A stretch of 64,000 bases of DNA from Planctomycetota bacterium. GTDB taxonomy: Bacteria; Planctomycetota; UBA8108; SXIK01. Within the stretch, counting starts at the first letter, position 1. Every line of letters starts with the position of its first letter. A program made the position numbers and the translations under genes. The stretch lies in NCBI GenBank assembly GCA_965223845.1, contig CBDCXR010000004.1:4960001-5024000 (forward strand), given 5' to 3'. This document shows, piece by piece, positions 58,570 to 64,000 of this stretch. The notes under the pieces were generated by a model, which had not been told where the DNA came from, did not search any database, and saw nothing but the letters and a program-made list of their open reading frames with translations.

Positions 58570-59934
58570 ATGAGCCGACCTCCATCGGAAGACCGCTCCG
58601 AAGGCGATCTCAATCTCGGCGCGCCGCGCGAACGCTGGGTCCGCGAGCAGCTCGATGACGAAACTCGCGCTCTCCTCGCCGACGACGAGCAGTACTATCT
58701 TCGTCAGGCGCTCTCGACGCCGTGCCTCGACGTCCTCACCGGCGCCGCGGGCGCACGTCTCACGACGCACAGCGGACGCGAGCTCCTCGACTTTCACGGA
58801 AACAGCGTCCACCAAGTCGGGTACGGACATCCGCGGGTCGTCGAGGCGATCAAGCGCCAGCTGGACACGCTCCCCTTTTGTCCTCGACGCTACACGAACG
58901 AGCCGGCGATCGAGCTCGCCCAGAAGCTCGCCGAACTCGCACCGGCGGACCTCGACAAGGTCCTTCTCGCTCCGGGGGGCACGAGCGCGATCGGAATCGC
59001 CCTCAAGCTCGCCCGCGTGGCGACCGGACGGTTCAAGACGATCTCGATGTGGGACTCATTCCACGGTGCTTCCCTCGACGCGATTTCGATCGGCGGCGAA
59101 GCGATGTTTCGCCGCGGTATCGGTCCGCTCCTCCCCGGCGCGGAGCACGTACCCCCGCCGGAACCCGCGGGATGTCCCTGGCGCTGTGGTGCAGCGTGCT
59201 CGCTCGAATGCGCTGATTACATCGAGTACGTCCTCGAGAAGGAAGGTGACGTCGCCGCGGTCGTCGCCGAGACGATCCGCAGCACCCCGTCGGTCCCGCC
59301 GGCGGACTACTGGAAGCGCATCCGCGCTGCGTGCGATCGTCACGGCGCGCTTCTCATCCTCGATGAGATTCCACACGCGCTCGGGCGAACGGGCAAAATG
59401 TTCACCTGCGAGCACTTCGGGATCGCGCCGGACATGCTCGTCGTCGGAAAGGGGCTCGGTGGCGGCGTGTTTCCTCTCGCCGCCCTGATCGCGCGGCGGA
59501 GCCTCGACCTAGCCCCCGCTGCGGCCCTCGGACACTACACGCACGAAAAAAACCCGGTCGCCTGCGCCGCCGCGCTCGCGACGATCGCGTGCATCGAGGA
59601 AGAAGGACTCCTCGAGCGCTCGCGCGCGCTCGGAGCGAAGGCGCTCGAACGACTCCGGGCGATGCAGAAGCGCCACCCCCTCATCGGTGAGGTGAGGGGT
59701 CTCGGGCTCTTCCTCGGCGTCGTGCTCGTTCGCGATGGCGATCCGAAGAAGCCGGCGATCGACGAGGCCGAAGCCGTACTCTACCACGCACTCACGCGCG
59801 GGCTCAGCTTCAAGGTGACGATGGGAAACGTACTCGCACTCAGCCCACCGCTCACGATTTCGGAGGACGAGCTCACGCGGGCGTTTGATATTCTGGAACG
59901 CTCGATCGAGCTCGCGAACGAGCCCGAACGGTGA
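58570..59934 (+). CDS. pbfA: Class III PLP enzyme, probable (R)-1-hydroxy-2-aminoethylphosphonate ammonia-lyase
   Basis: RSEGDLN N-terminus, QALSTPCLD, DFHGNSVHQVGYGHP, PRRYTN, APGGTS, WDSFHGASLDAISIGGE, GKGLGGG, GHYTHEKNP and GLSFKV. These match my recollection of PbfA; not confirmed by a search. Confidence 0.78.
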   Translation: MSRPPSEDRSEGDLNLGAPRERWVREQLDDETRALLADDEQYYLRQALSTPCLDVLTGAAGARLTTHSGRELLDFHGNSVHQVGYGHPRVVEAIKRQLDTLPFCPRRYTNEPAIELAQKLAELAPADLDKVLLAPGGTSAIGIALKLARVATGRFKTISMWDSFHGASLDAISIGGEAMFRRGIGPLLPGAEHVPPPEPAGCPWRCGAACSLECADYIEYVLEKEGDVAAVVAETIRSTPSVPPADYWKRIRAACDRHGALLILDEIPHALGRTGKMFTCEHFGIAPDMLVVGKGLGGGVFPLAALIARRSLDLAPAAALGHYTHEKNPVACAAALATIACIEEEGLLERSRALGAKALERLRAMQKRHPLIGEVRGLGLFLGVVLVRDGDPKKPAIDEAEAVLYHALTRGLSFKVTMGNVLALSPPLTISEDELTRAFDILERSIELANEPER

Positions 59935-59954
59935 GCCGAGATGAGGAGGGACAG

Positions 59955-61991
59955 ATGTCGAACGGGGCTGGTGAATTGGGGAAGGGTTCAGCACAAGATG
60001 CGGTCGATCCATCCGCACGGCCGCAGTCGGACGAGTCTTCGGTCGCCGCGCAGGCGACGCGCCGCTTGAGCACATTTTGGCGTCGAGGCGCGACGATTCT
60101 CGACCAGGCCACAAAGTGGGCCATTTTGTTCGCGGTAGCGAATTGGGTGCACTGGCACTTCTTCGTACGCGACGGCGAACAGCGAGCTCAGAGCGTTCGC
60201 GAGTCCTGGGTCGCGATCTACCAGTCCAAAGGACAGGGCGGCGATGGCGGCCGGAGGGAAGCGCTCGAGACTCTCCATCGGTTCGGCGAGAACTTGTCGC
60301 ACGTCGACATTTCGTCCGCGTATCTGGCCGGCGCCGAGCTCGACGGCGTTGTGCTCGCGAACGCGAACATAGAGAGCGCCTCGTTTTCCGGGGCGAAGCT
60401 GTTCGGCGCCGACCTCTCCGGGGCCGTGCTTCGGTCAGCGAAACTCGACGGCGCAGATCTCCGGCGGGCGACACTCGAAGGCAGCGACCTCTCGAACGCG
60501 ACTCTGAGCGGCACATCGCTCGAAGGGGCGAACTTAAAAGGCGCGAATCTCAAGGGCGCGAATCTCGAAGGCACGTCCCTCCCGGGAACGGTGCTCACCG
60601 GCGCGAATCTCGAAGGCGCGAACGTCGCCGGTGCCGCACTGGAGGAGGCCGTAGGCCTGACTCTCGCGCAGGTGTTCTCTGCTCGACCGGACGCCGAAAC
60701 CGGATTCCCTTCCGCGATCGCCGCCGAGCTGAAGAGGCGGAACATCACCGCGTGGACGAACGGTGGAACCCTCACCCGTGCCGGTTTGGAAGGGCTCGAC
60801 CTATCCGCAGCGGCCGAGCTCTCGTTCGAACGGATCTTCGCCGCGAGACGATGGGACGAGAAGACGATCTTTCCACCCGCGATTCGTGCTGAGCTCGAGA
60901 AACGGCGGATCAAATCGTGGGGAAACTCGCGAGATATCCGCGGAGCGGATCTGAGCGGTCTCGATCTCCGAGGAGCGATGCTTCGAGACTCGGACCTCGA
61001 GGGAGCCGACTTGACCCGAGCGACTCTCCGAGACGCGAATCTGTGGGGGACGAATCTAAGGGAAGCGGCGCTGACGGGTGCCGATCTACACGGTGCGGAG
61101 CTCGAAGGCACGTTCTTGGAAAAAGCGACGGGACTGAAACTCTACCAGCTACTCACGGCGAAATGGCGGCACCCGCCCCAGCTTCCGCGCGAGCTGCAAG
61201 CGGAGATCGAACGCCGGCGCATCCGTACGTGGGGATTCGAAGACTACACCGACGTGGACCTGAGTGGGCTGAAGCTGCACGGACGGTCGTTCGAAAACAC
61301 CAAGCTGGAATCAGCAAATCTCGACGGGACCGACCTCCGAGACGCGAATCTCGCTCGAGCGAACCTCGCGAAGGCGTCGCTGCTGAAAACCGATCTCGAC
61401 GGAACGGATCTTTCGGGCGCCGTTCTTTCGGACGCCAACGGGCTGGAATTCGAGCAGATCCTTCGAGCCCGGTGGGACGAGTCGACGCAGTTCCCCGCTC
61501 CCCTCGCTGCGGAGCTCCAGCGGCGAAAGATCCGAACCTGGGCACCGGGCGCAAGCCTCGTCGACGCGAACCTGAGTGGGCTGACGATTCGCGGGCGAAA
61601 CGCCTTCGAGCGAGTCGAGCGGTTTCGGGGATCTGACCTCACTCGGGTCGACTTCAGTGGATCCACGCTGCGCGGTGTCGACTTCTCGCAGTCGAATCTC
61701 TCCGGCGCGAACTTTCGCGACGCCGTGCTCGAAGACTCCGTGTTCGTCGAAGCGGACGTGACCGCAGCCGACTTTGCGGGCGCGGATCTCCAGGGAGCGA
61801 TCTTCTGCCCGATCGCTCCCGGTAGCGGAAGACGGCATCGAATCGTCGATCCCGCGTGGGAAGGCCGCGCGGCGAAAGGGCTGACGGTCGAGCAGATTCG
61901 TTCCACGAAGAACTACGACTATTCGACCGTGTTCCCGCCGCCGATCACGGAGGCGCTGCGAGCCGCCAAGTCACCGGACCGAGGTCGATAG
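59955..61991 (+). CDS. Membrane-anchored pentapeptide-repeat protein built from repeated capped modules
   Basis: A(D/N)LxG-type pentapeptide tracts; hydrophobic segment WAILFAVANWVHWHFF; GAGGAGG upstream of ATG 59955. Confidence 0.9.
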   Translation: MSNGAGELGKGSAQDAVDPSARPQSDESSVAAQATRRLSTFWRRGATILDQATKWAILFAVANWVHWHFFVRDGEQRAQSVRESWVAIYQSKGQGGDGGRREALETLHRFGENLSHVDISSAYLAGAELDGVVLANANIESASFSGAKLFGADLSGAVLRSAKLDGADLRRATLEGSDLSNATLSGTSLEGANLKGANLKGANLEGTSLPGTVLTGANLEGANVAGAALEEAVGLTLAQVFSARPDAETGFPSAIAAELKRRNITAWTNGGTLTRAGLEGLDLSAAAELSFERIFAARRWDEKTIFPPAIRAELEKRRIKSWGNSRDIRGADLSGLDLRGAMLRDSDLEGADLTRATLRDANLWGTNLREAALTGADLHGAELEGTFLEKATGLKLYQLLTAKWRHPPQLPRELQAEIERRRIRTWGFEDYTDVDLSGLKLHGRSFENTKLESANLDGTDLRDANLARANLAKASLLKTDLDGTDLSGAVLSDANGLEFEQILRARWDESTQFPAPLAAELQRRKIRTWAPGASLVDANLSGLTIRGRNAFERVERFRGSDLTRVDFSGSTLRGVDFSQSNLSGANFRDAVLEDSVFVEADVTAADFAGADLQGAIFCPIAPGSGRRHRIVDPAWEGRAAKGLTVEQIRSTKNYDYSTVFPPPITEALRAAKSPDRGR

Positions 61992-63998
61992 TCATCGCGG
62001 AGAAAGAACGCCCGACGTTTCCCGGGTGACGCCGCGAAGGACGAAGTCCACCTCCTGCGATTCCGCTCCCTCGCAGTCGAACTCGAGCGCGAGGTCATCT
62101 CGTCCCGACGGAAAAACACGATAGCGTCCCGGGAGAAACCCCGAGCGACGCCAGCTTCCGTCACGCTGGATCGCCGCATAGGCGGCCGGCGGCGGTGAAC
62201 CATCGCTCGCGAGCGGGTGGATCTCGACGGTCCCGCCGCGAACGGGTTGCTCCTTGTCGTCGTAGACCACGCCGGAAAACCTCGTCCCGGCATCGATCGT
62301 CACCCGGCCGACGTCGACTCCCCGAAGCGTCACATCGATCTTCTTCGAGTCATAGGTCAGGTACTCGTCGTGTCGAACTCGAAAGAACACCGTTCCCGCC
62401 GGCACTCCCACGAGTCGAAAGGCTCCGGACTCGTCGGACGTTGCACTGCCTTGTCGCGAGTGCTGCCGGCGAATCAGCCGGCGCGTTCGATCGATCCCCG
62501 TCGTCATCATCATCGTCGTCGGTGCGTGCTCCTCCGCTCCCACCTCATCCTCCGAGATCAGATAGATGCTCGCTCCGGCCACGGGACGTCCATCCGTTCC
62601 AACGAGCGTTCCCGCGACAAACGCACCGCGCTCGAGATCGATCTCGAAGTGTGACTCCACGTCGTCACCGAGGTTCACTTCGAGCGTGGAGATCGCGTAC
62701 CCGGGCGCGTAGACACGCAGCCGGTATTCCTTCGGATCCCGGTCGAGGAGCGCGAAGTGCCCTTCCGGATCCGAGAATCGGGTTCCGCTCCGGTACGCGC
62801 GGCGACTGTGGACCCGGTCGAGATGGACGGAGAACTCTCGAATCGGTTCTCCCGTTTCGGCGTCGCGAACGACCCCGGAGAGCGACGCCTTTCTGGTCAC
62901 CCGGAGCTCCACCCGTTCCCCCGCGCGCGCTTTCACCGCCGGCGACGAGCTTCCGCGAGCGATCGCGTTTAGCTTGTATTCGGCATCGCCGGCGCCGTGA
63001 AACGTGAAGGTTCCGTCCGAGTCCGAGATCACCCACGCCTCGTCGCCGTAACGGATGCGCGCTTCGACCCGCGCGAGACCGATCGGCGCTCCTCGAGCGT
63101 CGACGACGCGCCCGGTGATGGCGCCACTCTCGACGACGATCGAAACATCGTCGACATCGCCCGCGACCTCGAGCTCTCGAGCTTGCTCGAGAATCCGCTC
63201 GCCCGTGACAACGACCCGATACCGCCCCTCCCTCCGCCCGCGAAACGAAAACTCGCCCGCGTCATCGGTCCGCGTGTGCTGGGCTGAACCCGTACGCTCA
63301 CCGAAGTATCGCTGGAGACCCACCCGCGCCCCGACGAGCGGCGCTCCCGTGCTGTCGGTCACGCTTCCCGCAATGACGAATCCCCGAGCGAGCTCGATGC
63401 TGCCGAGGTCGAGCACTCCCGAAGTCAAGGTGACCGAGCTCGACTGAGGTCTCAGGTAGCCGTCCTTCCGCGCGCGAAACGAGTACTCCGCACCGACTGC
63501 GCCGAGGAGCTCGAACTTCCCCTCCGGGTCGGTCTTCGCTCGCACATCCCCCGGATTGCCTCGAGTCGGCGAAATCGACACGTTCGCATCCGCGATCGCC
63601 TCGCCATCGCTATCGACGATGCGACCGCGTACGAGTCCGGACTCGGCGAGCACGGCATCGACACGAAACGGATCGCGACTCGCCTCGTCGATCTCGAAGG
63701 TATCGCTCTCGTAGCGAGGGAATCCGTCCGCCTCGACCGAAACGAGTGCCGGTCCGCCGGCGAGACGCAGGATCTCCCATCGCCCGTCGGAGTCGGTCAC
63801 GGCCACGAGGTTCGATCGCATTCTCTTGTCCCAAAAGCGCTCGCGCTCGTAGTGGACTTTGACGCGAGCCCCGTCAACGGGTTCGCCGCCTGCGGTCGTC
63901 ACCCTCCCGGCGACACCGCCCCCCTGAGCCAGCCGAATGATGAGCCCGCGGCTCCCGGCTGCGATCGAGTTGAGCTCCGCTGGAGCCCACGCCGGGTG
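61992..63998 (-). CDS. Carboxypeptidase-regulatory-like repeat protein, 5' end outside the window
   Basis: The frame is open to the window end. At least seven G.V.D..G.P..GA.V...TD..G.F repeats. Confidence 0.85.
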   Translation of the reverse strand, partial: HPAWAPAELNSIAAGSRGLIIRLAQGGGVAGRVTTAGGEPVDGARVKVHYERERFWDKRMRSNLVAVTDSDGRWEILRLAGGPALVSVEADGFPRYESDTFEIDEASRDPFRVDAVLAESGLVRGRIVDSDGEAIADANVSISPTRGNPGDVRAKTDPEGKFELLGAVGAEYSFRARKDGYLRPQSSSVTLTSGVLDLGSIELARGFVIAGSVTDSTGAPLVGARVGLQRYFGERTGSAQHTRTDDAGEFSFRGRREGRYRVVVTGERILEQARELEVAGDVDDVSIVVESGAITGRVVDARGAPIGLARVEARIRYGDEAWVISDSDGTFTFHGAGDAEYKLNAIARGSSSPAVKARAGERVELRVTRKASLSGVVRDAETGEPIREFSVHLDRVHSRRAYRSGTRFSDPEGHFALLDRDPKEYRLRVYAPGYAISTLEVNLGDDVESHFEIDLERGAFVAGTLVGTDGRPVAGASIYLISEDEVGAEEHAPTTMMMTTGIDRTRRLIRRQHSRQGSATSDESGAFRLVGVPAGTVFFRVRHDEYLTYDSKKIDVTLRGVDVGRVTIDAGTRFSGVVYDDKEQPVRGGTVEIHPLASDGSPPPAAYAAIQRDGSWRRSGFLPGRYRVFPSGRDDLALEFDCEGAESQEVDFVLRGVTRETSGVLSPR

Positions 63999-64000
63999 AC

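Overview
This is a GC-rich, gene-dense bacterial chromosomal window. The gene content points to Planctomycetota (inference): two ECF sigma/Ser-Thr kinase pairs, two sulfatases, DUF1080, a PQQ-like propeller, a multiheme cytochrome c, C-terminal dockerin-like domains and large repeat surface proteins. About 40 CDSs are supported. I saw no rRNA, tRNA, CRISPR array or transposase. Highlights: (1) A rearranged NHEJ locus at 41.1-46.8 kb. Its LigD keeps the phosphoesterase and polymerase domains, but the ligase domain has lost its catalytic residues. It is divergent from ku, a separate intact ATP-dependent ligase and an uncharacterised BRCT-MerR/HTH-TPR protein. This is the best candidate for an undescribed system. 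(2) A selenocysteine formate dehydrogenase that the ORF track splits at an in-frame UGA, with an fdhF-type SECIS 11 nt downstream. (3) A secreted fusion of a Cys-phosphatase, a ceramidase-like domain and an outer-membrane barrel. (4) A Ser/Thr kinase with a zinc anti-sigma N-terminus and a periplasmic heme-c (CxxCH) sensor, next to an ECF sigma. (5) An orphan pbfA-like gene and a modular pentapeptide-repeat protein. All family calls come from motifs recognised by eye, with no database search, and several start codons were reassigned by hand.
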